The translations under genes and the position numbers were made by a program. This document shows, piece by piece, positions 42,276 through 56,636 of a stretch of 64,000 bases of DNA; within the stretch, counting starts at the first letter, position 1; every line of letters begins with the position of its first letter. Source of the DNA: Octopus vulgaris (Eukaryota). The notes below the pieces were generated by a model. That model was not told the DNA's origin, did not search any database, and saw only the letters and a program-made list of their open reading frames with translations. The DNA is taken from NCBI GenBank assembly GCA_951406725.2, contig OX597835.1:7378001-7442000 (forward strand), given 5' to 3'.

Positions 42276-42667
42276 TTACCCACATGCTTTTGAATATTAA
42301 AAAAAAATGTTCTATTTAACCAACCAGTAAAACATACATTTTTCTGTTTGAAAACGGTTATTTGAAGCTTGGAACTCATAACAGAATAACTGAATTGAAA
42401 CATTATTAAGATTAATATTATGCCCCCAAAAAAGCCATCTCTACTCATGTTTTCACACACACACACACACACACATATATGTGTGTATATATATATGCTG
42501 ACGATGGTATTTTTGTTTATGCATGAATGTCTTATTGTATATTAATCATTGTGGGGAAAAAAAACCGATACCTTCATACACCACTGTGAGAGAGAATGCC
42601 ATGTTTCTAGTCCAGCAACTTTCATCTGATGCAAAGGGGCAACATAGATGGATAGAAAGAAAGAAAT

Positions 42668-42720
<53 letters not shown>

Positions 42721-43540
42721 GAGATAGATAGAAAGATAGATAGATACATAGATAGATGGAGAGATGGAGAGAGAGATATCGCATAAACAACACCAACAAA
42801 AACAACTAAAAAAAGCGCCAGTAGGTGCATTTTGTGCAGTATTAGCTTAGAACAGATGCAACTGTACATGTGTGTATAGATATGAGCGCACGTATATTTT
42901 ATGAATGTGTGTTTACAACACGTTGCACAAATGTAAATACATGAGTTCAGTTGCTTATATTTGACGGTGATAAGACGAGACAAATTCTTAGAAAGCAATG
43001 AATTTTTCAAGTATATCGTGTTGTGATTTTCGTTTGCAGATACAGACCGAAATAGCAACCTATTTATAGAGATGACCTAAATTAGTCGAACGCCGTTAAG
43101 AGAAATTAACACTAAAATCATATGAAACTTGACGGGAAAATAAACAATTTTGTTTTTTGAAAGAGTTGAATGTCACGACTTAAAATCTTCACTGTATCAA
43201 ATTTAAACTGAAAAGAAACGAATTGATAAGCAAATACGTGAATAAATACCTCCTTCGAGAAGAACGCCATCTTGAGAGCCGATACTTCAAACCGTTTTCA
43301 CTGAGTGAAGTATATGCGTGACATATTCTTGAAATACCATTTCTTTAGAAATATATACGAAGCAATGAAAACAATGACAGCTGTTCTGTCTCTTCTTGGT
43401 AATCGTACCGTCTTTGAGAAAAACGAATGAGATTCCAAAATGGCTTTAGTTTAGAAAAACTGCAAAATACCAAGATTAAATTTGAACTCAGTACCCTGCG
43501 ACTATTAGTGTCAGATTTTATTATTACTGGTGAACAGTAT

Positions 43541-43760
43541 CGGCGGGCTGGCAGAATCGTTTGCATCCTGGACAAAATGCTTAGCAGCGTTTCGTTCGTG
43601 TTTACGTTCTGAGTTCAAATTCCGCCGAGGTCGACTTTCCTTTTCATCGTTTCGGGGTCGATAAAATGAGTACCAGTTGAACACTGTGGTCGATGTGTTC
43701 AACTAGTCCCCTCCCCATAAATTCCAGGCCTTGTGCATATAGGAGAAAGGATTATTACTG
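43541..43760 (+). mobile_element. SINE family B, diverged
   Basis: ggcgggctggcagaatcgtt...gagttcaaattccgccgaggtcgac. Confidence 0.8.
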
Positions 43761-43799
43761 ATGAGCAGAAGGTGGCAAGCTGGCAGAATCGCTAGTCAT

Positions 43800-44940
43800 A
43801 TTACCCACCTCTAATTTCTAAAAATATAGATGACACAACCCCCTAAACCACCGCAAAAAGTGGTGGACGCTATATTCTATGATATACACCGCCCTTCTCA
43901 CTAAACGTAAGAACTTAGCTAAATCATTGTTTAATATACTGGACTCCAACTTCTCTCGTCGACATAAATATTACTCTATCTTTAATAGATCTACCCTAAA
44001 GCTATCCTACTCCTTCCCGCCCAAATTTGAGTCTATTATAACAGCCACTGATAAACGGAAACTTTCTCTCTATTATCAAAACTTACACTGTAACGAGCGC
44101 CCAACAGATACATACTCCTAATATCGAACTCCATACATTGAATAGACCACAACGGAAACCATACCGATCCCACTAACACTAACCAGAATGCTACTACCAC
44201 AACTGCCACCACTTTTACAGACACACCTCACGCATATTCATTACTTACATTCTCATCTCTTCCTACCCCTCCCATACTTCTCTCCCATCTCCCCTCATCA
44301 TATCTTGACCACCAACTAACACTCCTTTCTTCACTTTTTTCACTTTCTTTCACTCTTTTTTCTTGTTTTAATTTTCTCTTCCTCTTTCTTTCTTCTTTCC
44401 TCACCTTTTCCTTTTGACCTTTCTCCTCGCTTCAACGTACACATCTCTTCTCTCCTCTCTATCCACCTAATACTACCACTACATTCTCAAATTTTCATTC
44501 ACACCACAAGACTCGCTTTGACTGAATCGCACATGGAATCTACATCTTCACACTTTCCATTTGTGATGACAAAATATGAACTCCTATTGGAATTTACATA
44601 CCGCAGACAAGAGGAATTTCTACCCCTTCTACACCCCACTTTCCTTGGATAATGGAACTGCAAATTTAACAGCTTTATTTTTATTTTTATTTCTACGTTC
44701 ACTCTCTACTATTTTCGTCTATACTCCTTATTTCCTCTTTTTCCATAATAACTCCTTATATTGAACCCTAATATTTCCCTCTATTTAACAATCTCAATCG
44801 TCTCTGATGAAGGAATATTCATAATATCTCAGAAACAGCTGTAAGACTAACTTTCTCTATAAATATCCTGAAAATTCTACGCAGCCTTGGATTTGTTGTC
44901 TCATTTTATTTAACACGCACACTGTTCTAATGAAAAATTC
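43800..44940 (+). mobile_element. Neptune-type Penelope-like element 3' fragment (degenerate) with pLTR
   Basis: NLAKSLFNILDSNFSRRHKYYSIFNRSTLKLSYSFPPKFESII resembles the conserved PLE linker (KIFNRNTVKVSYS); followed by a hammerhead. Confidence 0.75.
44800..44847 (+). ncRNA. Minimal type I hammerhead ribozyme (Penelope type)
   Basis: gtct-CTGATGA-aggaatattcataatatctca-GAAA-c agct g-TA-agac; palindromic stem III; predicted GUA cleavage after 44843. Confidence 0.75.
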
Positions 44941-45496
44941 AATATATTTAATCTTAATAGCGCAGTTCTGTCTCTACGTTCCATTTAGCCATTTAAATGA
45001 AGTCAAAAGCTTATTTTTATGGCCTTGCAAAGATGGCCGACGCTCTTAATTTGCAATGATGCCTGCGTGTATTTAGATTTAGTATTGGTTAGTAAATTAT
45101 TTACAGTATTATTACAATTATGTAAGTTACGTAAAGCAAGGCATTCGGATAATCTTCTAATGAATGACAAGGCTGGTAATTGCATTAATAATAGTCACCA
45201 TTGAATTGACTGCAAATCTTTGCGTCGTTCTATCGCGTTTTTGAACGGTTCGTTCGCAATTCTGACAGAAACATACGCTGTCCTCTCATTATTAATAGCT
45301 CAAATAAGCTCCAAGATTATGCAGATTTAATAAAAAGACATAAATTCAGAAATAATTGTAGTGTAGGCATGTTTATTTGTCTAAAACTTATGGCAACATA
45401 TATTAATATATTCTTAAAACATATTTTCCTCTTCGTCCGTGTTACAAATATTGTAGCCATCAAAATCACTTTAACTGAAACTGAATCAATATTTTA

Positions 45497-45553
<57 letters not shown>

Positions 45554-45554
45554 T

Positions 45555-46030
45555 TGTCTTGGTATAAAAGATGGGCTACAGCAGATATTCTGTTCAATAC
45601 CACAGATTTGCTTGTCAGTTGTTTGACCGTAACCAGTTGAGCATGTCCCTTACTGGCTGACGATATGTGCATCTCTGATCACGAGCAGAAGTAGTGGGGG
45701 AGCATCATAGCCACGTGTCGTGAGGGATTCTTTGGGGTTTGAATAATTCACCTCTGGAAACATGGGTGGTTCTTTCTACATTCTTAAACAACCCTTATTC
45801 AGGGACCTTTTGAGCGGGATGGGCTACTCAACCTGAAGAAAATTCTAACTGGGCCCCACCTGCAAGGTCATGTGCTCTTTATATTGATATGAGATCACTA
45901 TGTCGTGCATATATGGTTGTGATGCATGTGCCTGGTGTACCCTTATCAGACGGGTAGTCATGATGGGTATATTGGGCTTCGTATATTTTACCCCAGTGTC
46001 ACTTTGATGGCATGAACTGCTCTCTCACTC
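45555..46030 (+). mobile_element. (TAA)n-embedded ~550-bp element, truncated copy
   Basis: Reverse complement of 591-1067; TAA tracts on both sides. Confidence 0.85.
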
Positions 46031-46051
46031 AATAATAATAATAATAATAAT

Positions 46052-46520
46052 ACACGCCATAAAAAGGCACAGAAAATAAGAAAGCAACCAAACTATGGGA
46101 CATGCCATCACACACAGGTAGCGAAATTAAGGCCAATGGGCCAGATATAGTTGTCAGAGACCATGAAGGAAAAAAATGCTTTCTAATTGATGTATCAATA
46201 CCAAAGAAACGGTGAAACTTTGAAAGTACAAAGATTTGGAAATGTGGAGTCTAAAAACAAAAGCAATTCCTATTTTAGTAGGCGCATTATATTTTATAAA
46301 AAAGACATTCAGACAAATACAAAACAAGAACACCAGGACTAACAAATGTATATAACATATAGAAAATAGCACTACTAGGCGCCGCACACATCCTACGTAA
46401 AACACTTTCAATACAGTGAAAGTTGGAGCACCACTACAAACCACTGTACATACCCAAGGCACATAGAGCTGCGCTCGGTAGTGCAGTCTAAGCACGTGAT
46501 AAAAGTAAGACTACTGATTA
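46052..46520 (+). mobile_element. R4/Dong-like 3' fragment (RLE + 3' UTR)
   Basis: LWDMPSHTGSEIKANGPDIVVRDHEGKKCFLIDVSIP...IPILVGAL...IALLGAAHILRKTLSIQ*; starts after (TAA)n. Confidence 0.8.
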
Positions 46521-47254
46521 ATATTAATAATCATATATCCAATGTCTACGAACTAATCACTAATGTTTTGCCGTAAACTTAAGTATTTGGTTCATAATGC
46601 ACAACTGTAGCGAATCATGACATTTGGCCTAGCAACGAGTGTCGAGTTTCGTTATTTTGCATATTTAAACAACTAGTCATGTGATTGTCTAGATATTGTT
46701 TAAGACTTGTTATAAATTAAATGAAAAATTCGTTCGCTTATATGATAGTGATATTTTATTTCATTGTCTGCTATGTGAGGTTTCAATAAAAGAAAAACAC
46801 ATTAGACAATCAAAAATACAAATACAAAGTCAGTAGATTGCCGAGCCGAATGTTTCGTGTTATTTGTTCTGTCTCATCATTGCGGCCTGAGTTCAATTCC
46901 CGCCGAGGTCAACTTTCTTTTTCTTCCTTTTGAGATGGATAAAAAAAAAAAAAGAATTAATCCAAGACTTTGCTTGGCAAAATTGTAAGAATGCTGGAGA
47001 GAATTGTAAAAACGTTGGTTCCTTGCGGTATTTGCTCCGGCTGTTTATGCCATGAGTGCAAATTCCGCCACGGTCAATACTTGACATGTAGACTTAAATC
47101 GCTCAGTTCAACACCCACCTCTGGACACAAATAGTGCATTCCGTTGCAAAGATAAGGAATCAGATTTCTGGTTTGAGGATATAAATTATCCCTTCCTCTT
47201 TCCCAGCAGTCTCGGAGTCCTTGTGATGGATCAAGGGAACTATCTACCCTTCCG

Positions 47255-47670
47255 AAAGCTTGCTTTCCAACCATATGATTCCAGGTTCAGTCCCACCGCG
47301 TGGCACCTTGAGCAAGTGCCTTGTAGTATAGCCTCAGGCTGACTAAATCCTTGAGTGGATTTCATACACAGAAACTAAAAGAAGCCTGTTGTATATATAA
47401 ATATATATATGGGGGGTATGTGTGTGTATCTGAGTGTGTATTTGTGTGTGTGTGCTTGTTTCTGTGTTTGTTCCCCCACCATCGCTTGACAACTGATGTT
47501 GGTGTATTTATGTCCCCATAACTTAGCAGTTCGGCAAAAGACCGATAAAATAAGTATGAGGCTTACAACGAATAAGATCTGCGGTCGATTTCTTCAATTA
47601 AAAACCTTCAAGAGGGTGCTCCAGCATGGCCGCAGTCAAACGACTGAAAAAAGTAAAAGAATAAAAGAAT
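47255..47670 (+). mobile_element. SINE family A, diverged
   Basis: Family A. Confidence 0.8.
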
Positions 47671-48289
47671 AGGTGCAGACGTGACTATTCACAAAGTCAT
47701 ACGTGCGTTGGTAAAGGTTTAGTGGCTAGCGATCTATCATGGCGAATGCCGGACAGAGCTAGGAAGAAGGGGAGATAATAATGTAGTGGTGATCCCAAAA
47801 CGAAGGTGCGCGTGCGTATGTATGTGAGAGCGTGTATGTGCGTGTGGAATGGGGATGGTGACGTTGACGTGTGTGTGTGTGCATGTATAGTTGTGTGGAT
47901 GATGGTGTGGGTTCAGGGAAGTGGTCAGTGCTAGTCTGTGCGAGGTGGTGTGGTGTAGTATGGTAGTGCGTGGTGCGGTGGTGTGTGGTGTGGTGTGGTG
48001 GTGTTGGAGGCCCAGACTTTCGAGTTCTTTTACTGGTCTTCGAAAAATTGATGCAATAATTGATGCAATAATTGTTTGAATCTGAGAGGGGAATATGTTG
48101 AGTAAAATCATAATTAGTTGATCCTCCTGTATTTTACTCGAAACCTAGAACTTTTCAGCGCCCCCTCATGTATACACACATAATACATACATACATACAT
48201 ACATACGTATGTACGTACGTACATACATACATACATACATACATACATACATACAGATCGCCATGTTGATTCGCTAGCTTCTGCACGCA

Positions 48290-48467
48290 TTTTTTTTCTC
48301 TCCTTGTTTCTCTCCGTGTTTCTTTTCTGTGTATCTCTCTGTTGAAGAGCATAGGCACGAAACCTAAAAGACTTGTTTTATTTATATTCCTTAGCGCCAT
48401 ACTAATACAATTGTTTGTTTGTATTCCACCTGCCTTCGTCTTTTGTTTATTTTCATAAAGCTTCCCG

Positions 48468-48470
<3 letters not shown>
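48290..48470 (+). mobile_element. Penelope-like pLTR fragment with a variant hammerhead (copy 2)
   Basis: Matches 39857-40038; ctgttgaagagcataggcacgaaaccta. Confidence 0.6.
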
Positions 48471-48523
<53 letters not shown>

Positions 48524-48545
48524 GTACGTACGTACGTACATACAC

Positions 48546-48578
<33 letters not shown>

Positions 48579-48596
48579 CATACATACAAACAAACA

Positions 48597-48707
48597 AAAA
48601 TACCCTGTTGTTGATGTTGGAATTTTAATGAGGGAATCTTGGATCTAGGTTAGAAACCGGCTTTTTCTCCATTGGCAAGAATCTTTGAAATAAACTGAAT
48701 AGTGACA
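48597..48707 (+). mobile_element. ~110-bp element embedded in (TACA)n
   Basis: Matches 31612-31725 inverted. Confidence 0.7.
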
Positions 48708-48774
48708 TACATACATACATACATACATACATACATACATACATACATACATACATACATACAGATAAACACAC

Positions 48775-48956
48775 AGGTGTGGGTGTAGCTGTATGGGTAA
48801 GAAGTTTATTTCTAATCCATCCGTTATTTCTTGAGTTCAGACCTACTGAACGCCATCTTGGGCAAGTGTCTTCTACTATAACTCGGAGCGTCAAAGGATT
48901 TGGCAGACGAAAACCGAAAGAAGCGAGTTGTGTATTATATGTGTGTATGTGTTTGT

Positions 48957-48996
<40 letters not shown>

Positions 48997-49250
48997 ATCT
49001 GTTTGTGTGCGTGTGTGCATGTGTGTTTGTGTTTGTATTTGTTTTGGTCTCGTGCCTGTCTCCCATCACTGCTTGATAACCGGTTTTTGTTTATTTACAT
49101 ACTCGTAACTTAGCGCTTCGGCAAACAGAGACCAATGGAATTCGTACCAAACTTAAAAAAGTAAGCACTAGTGTTGATACGTTTCACTAAACTCTTCATG
49201 GCCGTGCCCCAGCTAGGCCACAAACTAGTGGGTGAAACATATAAAAGATA
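48775..49250 (+). mobile_element. Old SINE family A-related copy
   Basis: Diverged head (cttgggcaagtgtcttc) and tail. Confidence 0.65.
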
Positions 49251-49990
49251 AAAATTGAAAAAAAAGAATCACCTAAATTTGTCTCCAAGAAAAACACATT
49301 CGTTTTATGTCTTCTTTTTCAAAAGAAAACGTAAAGATAAATAAAAAAATAAAATAGTTCAGATTAGTTTGAATTGGCATCAAAAGCGAAAGTAAACGAG
49401 ACATTTTTGAGAACGAAAATAAAAAAAACTTTAAAAAATTCAAATTCAAATAAAATAAAATAAGATAAATTAATGACACAGAGATAAAGAAAATGACTTC
49501 AAACCATAATTAAACCGAAGCGAAAAGACTTCGTTGAAGAAGATAAAAGAAGGACGTTTTAGTTCCACTTAGAGCCTGGTCTCCATTTGTCATTAAAGAC
49601 TATTCCGTGATTTGGAGAACACTTGCAATATGATATATGTAAGGAAACCTAGTCACGATTTACAATCATTGACTTAGATAAACGCCGTTCGACTGCTTCC
49701 GATAATTATTAGGCCATATTTCATTGTGATAATTCTAGCCAGAACAAAACAAAATTGTATGGTGCAAATATTTTCATTATGGCGTCCATTAAAAATATGT
49801 CTTCCTCCGCCTCAGAGTGACTTTGAATTTGCTCGTAAATTTAATCAGTGTTTCCGGTGGAAGAGTTTAATGTTACCAGAATGACACAGTAACCGAATGC
49901 GCTCTTTTTATTGCTGTGCTATTATTTTACGCTCATCTTCTATATTCTCCTTTATTAGTTTCGATTATTGGAGTGCGACTATGACTGGGT

Positions 49991-50041
<51 letters not shown>

Positions 50042-50158
50042 GAAGATAGATAGGAAGATAGATAGATAGACACGTTGATTTATAGATAGTGCATACATAC
50101 GTGCATAAACACAAACTGATTTTCGTATGTAGTCACGAAATGTATGCGTATATACGTA

Positions 50159-50223
<65 letters not shown>

Positions 50224-50326
50224 ATGTATATTTGTGCATATTATTTAAATTTATACACACACACAAACACACACGCATATATTTCGTGACAACTTTACAC
50301 ATGAAAATAAGTTTACTGTCTATCTT

Positions 50327-50357
<31 letters not shown>

Positions 50358-50547
50358 CCCCCCCTTTTTTAAATCCTCCCCTTTTTTTGTCCTCTTTCTT
50401 TCCTCTTACGATCCCTTTTGATCGAAAACCAACCCCCTCTTTTTTACCCCCAAAAGAAAAGCTCTACCTTGTAATTTGTTCTGTCTGTGTGCAGCTCTGT
50501 GTGGCTAATAAAGAAACATATCTATCTATCTATCTATCTATCTATCC

Positions 50548-50660
<113 letters not shown>

Positions 50661-50672
50661 TCTATCTGTCTG

Positions 50673-50731
<59 letters not shown>

Positions 50732-51134
50732 CTCGACTGACGTGATGTCGCAGCGTCTCCGCAGGCAATCGCTTTTTTCGACCTTTTATTGCATACAAGG
50801 TGCGTAAAGCACCCAGCTTTCATTTGAGTGTTTCCAAGGGAGGGATTTGACGCCTACGTGCAGTTGCAAACCTTTTAACATTGCTTTTTTTTTTTTTTGG
50901 TTTCCTTGCCATATTTCTAAACAAATATGGTGAAGCGAAACCATGAGGCCGACTTTCTGCCTCTACCAATGCTATAGGCGAAGGAAGCTGAAAGCAAAGC
51001 CGTTCCGCGTGAGCGCACACAGGCCTTAGACGGCGTCGTCAGAGCTAGGATGCATGCTCCGATGAACGGAGTTGGAGCTGCCTGAGAATCCCGACTGACG
51101 AGGCGCACTACTGCGGAAGCTGGTGACGATGTTT

Positions 51135-51330
51135 CCCCACCTCAACATTGCTTGACAACCGATGCTGGTGTGTTTACGTCCTCGTAACTTAGCGGTTCGG
51201 CAAAAGCTACCGATAGAATAAGTACTAGGCTTTTCAAAGAATAAGTCCTGGGAGTCGATTTGCCCGACTAAAGGCGGGGCTCCAGCATGGCCACTGATAA
51301 ATGACAGAAACGAGTAAAAGAATGAAAGAA
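51135..51330 (+). mobile_element. SINE family A 3' half
   Basis: Tail motif. Confidence 0.75.
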
Positions 51331-51578
51331 CATATCGAATCCTATTTTTCCTGTTCGTTCTTCGAAACCAATGTGTGTGTGGGAGGGTGGGGTGTTGTTT
51401 TTGGGTGTTTAGGTGTGGGTGTGATTGTGTCTCTGTGTGTGTTTGTGTTTGTGTGTGTGGGTGGCTGGATGAGTGGGTGTGTAAGCATACATTTGTATAT
51501 CACACGAGTGTGTAAATAAACATGTTCTGTAGTGAACACATATAGATCTATCTATATATACATGTGTGCGTACTGTAC

Positions 51579-51640
<62 letters not shown>

Positions 51641-51732
51641 CATACATATATATATATACACATATATATATATACATACATATATATATATATATATATA
51701 CATACACATATACATATATATATACATATATA

Positions 51733-51816
<84 letters not shown>

Positions 51817-51817
51817 C

Positions 51818-51858
<41 letters not shown>

Positions 51859-52882
51859 ACACTCACACTCACACACATGTATCTACCTATCTATACTATT
51901 AATAGATAGAGACATACGCCAACTTCACCACAACCACCACCACCTCCATCATTTAAATACATTTTGCGCAAACGAAACAAAAGATCTCTATACCAACATA
52001 AATATACATTCTTTATGTAAAAAACTTGCCCCAAGGGAAAAACCATGAATTCTGTTTACTGTTTGGAAAGAAGTGAAGAAATATTTTTCCCGAATATAGA
52101 AATGGAATGTGTATACGTACTTATTTAAAGTTTATTTAAAGACTTCTGCTGTAGTTTTAACTAGTTTTTTTTCTAATGAAAAATTTAATTTGTTTTTGTT
52201 TCAATTTCTTTAATTATTTGCTGATTTAAATGTAATGAATCTGAGGCTGTAAATATTCATGAATATTTAATGCTAAATGTTATTAAGTATCTATTGTTTT
52301 GAATTTGTCTGCAGTCAGTTCATGTGTAGTTGAGAAAAACCAGCACACGCATGCGCACAAGCGCAACATACTGCAGAAACATATAAACACATAGGCACGC
52401 GCACACATACACACAAATACACATACGAAAGAGATGCGTAGACGAACAAGAAACATTCATATACACAAATATACACATATATGCACACAGGAGGAGTAAA
52501 TATAAACACACATAAACTTTCGAATCTGGGTATATGGCGCAGTGGTTAAGATACTTCTCTGAAGACCTCCCGTTGTTCAACTATCCCGTGTGTTTACGTA
52601 CGTATTAGAATTTTTGTATTGTTTTTGGTTTTGTATCTTACTCTATATATGCAACCGAAGACAATGGAATAAGCAACTCTCTTTATAACATTAATTTACA
52701 ATTGTTTCATCGGTGGTCGATCTCATGACAATTGCCATATTATGTCAGAAATATATGTAACTGTTGATTCAATATACGTCATTTATAATCCAAGGATAAC
52801 CTCCGAATGAAATCATCAACATCATCATTAGTAGTAGTAGTAGTAGTAGTAGGAGGAGGAGGTGAGGGGGGCAACAGCAGTT

Positions 52883-52913
<31 letters not shown>

Positions 52914-52980
52914 AATCAGCAGCAACAGTATTATTATTATTATTATTATTATTGTTATTATTATTATTATTATTATTATT

Positions 52981-53520
52981 GAGTGAGAGAGCAGTGCATG
53001 CCATCAAAGTGACACTGGGGTAAAATATACGAAGCCCAGTATACCCATCAAGACTACCCGTCTGATAAGGGTACACCAGGCACATGCATCACAACCATAT
53101 GTGCGCGACATGGTGATCTAATGTCAAGATAAACAGCACATGACCTTGCAGGTGGGGCCCAGTTATAATTTTCTTCAGGTTGAGTAGCCCATCCCGCTTA
53201 AAAGGTCACTGAATAAGGGTTGTTTAAGGATGTTGAAAGAACCACCCATGTTTCCAGAGGTGAATTATTCAAACCCCAAAGAATCCCTCTTAACATATGG
53301 CTATGATGCTGCCCCACTACTTCTGCTCGTGATCAGAGATGCACATATCGTCAGCCACTAAGGGACATGCTCAACTGGTTATGGTCAAACAACTGACAAG
53401 CAAATAGAGGTTTTCAGCAGAATATTTGCTGTAGCCCATCTTTTATACCAAGACAAAACAACGTACAACGTCCAATCAGTTAAGATCAGAAGCCATGAGA
53501 GCCACTGCTTGGTACTACAT
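52981..53520 (-). mobile_element. (TAA)n-embedded ~550-bp element, copy 3
   Basis: High similarity to 591-1146. Confidence 0.85.
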
Positions 53521-54326
53521 ATTATTATATTTATGTATGTACGTACGCAGGACTGTATAAATATATGTATGTCATCACCTATGTCTCTATATTAGCTGAA
53601 TTATTTTTTACTTTAACATACTTGATAATGAATGACTATGTGTTACAAGCTATTCCTTTCTCTTCCTTATAATAAACCTAATGAGTATATTTTGGTATCG
53701 ACCATAGCTCAACAATCGTCTGCTTGTTATAGCAAAGTTCAAAATTGCCAGTAACTTTTCTCCAGACACTTGAAGTACTTATTTCAGTTTTTTTCTCAAA
53801 TTTTCTTCATTGGTGAAGTTTTGCATACTAATGATGAAAATCACATTCATTTTTTTTTTTGTTTTTTTCTTGAAATTTATAATAAAAATAGTTACAAGCA
53901 TTTAAAACTCTAATTTTCTGGTGAAATTTTGAATTACTGTAAGTGGTTAGAAGAAATTTAACAAGATTCAATGGCCTGTAAATGAATTGAATAGAAACAC
54001 AGAACATTTTCCTTGTAACTACTCTTTATCATTACCAGATTGCAAATTTAAGTTTACTATTATGGGAGAAATTCAGTCGTGAACGATTAAGAAGATCGTT
54101 TGCTACGCTGCGCTGACGAAACATTTATAGAACTGATTTGCTTCCGGTTGGTCTGAAAATGGTAAATGAAGAGACAGAAAGAAAAAGTAGCAACGCATAA
54201 ATCCATGCGTGTAGTTTGTGAAATACGACTCTCAGAATATTGGCGGGGTGAACCGTCATATATCAGTAAGTAAATTAACGTCCAAGTGCTGCCGCATATA
54301 CTGTGTAGTTACTATATTTCGTATGT

Positions 54327-54518
54327 GGAGACGCAATGGCCCAGTGGTTAGGGCAGCGGATTCGCGGTCGTAGGATCGCGGTTTCGATTCCCAGACCGGG
54401 CGTTGGTCGGTCCGAGGCTACAGCAGAAAACACTTGCCCAAGGTACCATGCAGTAGTAATGAACCCGGAACCATGGGATTGAGAAGCAAGGTCCTTACCA
54501 CACAGCCACGCCGGCGCT
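54327..54518. mobile_element. Fusion of a SINE C head (+) and a SINE A head (-)
   Basis: C head to ...cccagaccgggcg joined directly to the reverse complement of the A head. Confidence 0.75.
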
Positions 54519-55314
54519 AAACCTTATTGTTTCCAGAATATTTCAAATTGTAAACGTAATTTACGAACACCTTGTATTCTAAGAGCTTACACGACCAACA
54601 AATTTAGACACACTCTAGCATCGGCTGAATAGCGACGAATACACTGAACCGATAAACTAGAGAATCTCTTTTTGCTTCGTGTTTCGTATTCTGTAAAAAC
54701 ACATTTCTTATTTCAGGTGAAAAATTTTGTTTCTGGCTAATTTTTGTAATATAAATTATAATGTAGTTACAAAGTCTAAATACTGCAGCTGCATCGAATG
54801 TTAGGAAAAGCTACAACTTTTATCTTAACGAATTAACAAGTTTTACATGAATCATTTGTAGTTAGCTGAGAAGAAATAGGTGTTATATCTATGTTTTTCA
54901 CAGACGAAAGTGTGTTTTGGTTTGTGTTTTAAGGTGGGGAAATGTTTATCTAATTCTTTATTGAAATATATAAAATACAAACATTTGTTTATGGATAAGG
55001 TCACGGTGTTATTGTGTTGTTTTATTTTATTTGTTCACTTAAGTAATTCGTTTATTCTTTCGAAGCATCTTGAAAATAATCCGATGTTCTGAGATTTTGA
55101 AATCAGGCTTTGCTACATTAAACTTTGAGTATCAGTTACCCACCACCTCTAAATATAAACTAGAGGTAAAAAAAAAACCTAGGTAAATTTTACATGTTTG
55201 TTTCTTTTTTATTTCATTGATCTGTCAAAGGCGAAGTAGAGGTGCATGGCCTAATGGTGATGATGTTGCACTTACAATCATGAGATCGTGTGTTCGATTC
55301 CAGGAGAGAGCGGA

Positions 55315-55848
55315 GCGTTTATTTGAGCATGACGAAGTGAAGGCGCATGACTGTATTTAGGCTGTTGAGTTCGCGATTGTAAGCTCGTGATTTCGATTCC
55401 TGGACTGAGCGGTGCACTGTTTTCTTAAGCAAAGCCCTCCGCTTCCCTTTGCCCGGTCCACTCAGAGGTAAATGGGTTCCAGTGATAGACAGGAAGTTAA
55501 TCCTGCATCGAAGAAGCATCCCGCGCAGTGGGGTTTGTGTTGTAACCTGAGTCACTTATAGGCCGTGGAGACAGGGTAAAGCGTTTATTTGAGCATGACG
55601 AAGTGAAGGCGCATGACTGTATTTAGGCTGTTGAGTTCGCGATTGTAAGCTCGTGATTTCGATTCCTGGACTGAGCGGTGCACTGTTTTCTTAAGCAAAG
55701 CCCTCCGCTTCCCTTTGCCCGGTCCACTCAGAGGTAAATGGGTTCCAGTGATAGACAGGAAGTTAACCCTGCATCGAAGAAGCATCCCGCGCAGTGGGGT
55801 TTGTGTTGTAACCTGAGTCACTTATAGGCCGTGGAGACAGGGTAAAGC
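55315..55848 (+). repeat. Near-perfect 266-bp tandem duplication (old tRNA-like SINE content)
   Basis: gcgtttatttgagcatgacg at 55315 and 55581; nearly identical translated ORFs. Confidence 0.95.
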
Positions 55849-55924
55849 TTCAACCATATGATATCTAGGAGTCATGATGAATACGAATCTAAGTGGGGTC
55901 AATATCAGGCCTCCAGAGCCCTAA

Positions 55925-56390
55925 GAGTCATGGCAAACCCAAGTCCAAGTAACATGGAAAAAGAGTTAAGCTCCGGTTTTATGATTCCTGGGAGTGATGA
56001 CAAACCTAAGTCTAAGTAATGTGGAAAAGGCGTTAAGCACTGGCCTTATGAGTTTGAGGAGTCAGGACAAACTCATTTCTAAGTAACATGGATACAGGGT
56101 TAAGCTCCGATTTTATGATTCCTGGGGATCATGACAAAACTAAGTCTACGTAATGTGGAAAAGGCGTTAAGCACCGGCCCTATGAGTTTGAGGAGTCATG
56201 ACAAACTCATTTCTAAGTAACATAGAAACAGGTTAAGCTCCGATTTTATGATTCCTGGGGATCATGACAAAACTAAGTCTAAGTAATGTGGAAAAGGCGT
56301 TAAGCACCGGCCTTATGAGTTTGAGGAGTCAGGACAAACTCATTTCTAAGTAACATGGATGCAGGGTTAAGCTCTCGCCGTATGAGTCAT
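55925..56390 (+). repeat. Tandem repeat: ~67-bp subunits organised as ~134-bp dimers
   Basis: atgattcctggg at 55981, 56115 and 56248, alternating with atgagtttgagg. Confidence 0.85.
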
Positions 56391-56429
56391 AGGACTCGGG
56401 ATGTTTCTAAATGTAAGCCTATTACAGGT

Positions 56430-56596
56430 GCAAGTGTGTCTGCGTAAGCAGCTCGCATTGCAGCCACGTGTTTTCATGTTCAATCTCACTCTACAGCAAC
56501 ATGAACAGGTGTCTTCTACTTTTGTGTGTGTGTGAGTAAGTTTTTGCTTGTTTGTTTGTATATGTGTGTGTGTGTGTGAGTAGGTTTTTGCTTGTT

Positions 56597-56636
<40 letters not shown>

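Noticed and set aside
41827-42472. Poly-E/poly-R/poly-S ORFs
   Set aside because: (CTT)n microsatellite
51090-51125. ctgacga...gaag hammerhead-like string
   Set aside because: GAAG instead of GAAA and no convincing stems I and III
55925-56390. CRISPR-like periodic array
   Set aside because: Units repeat over their full length with no unique spacers; eukaryotic context with no cas genes
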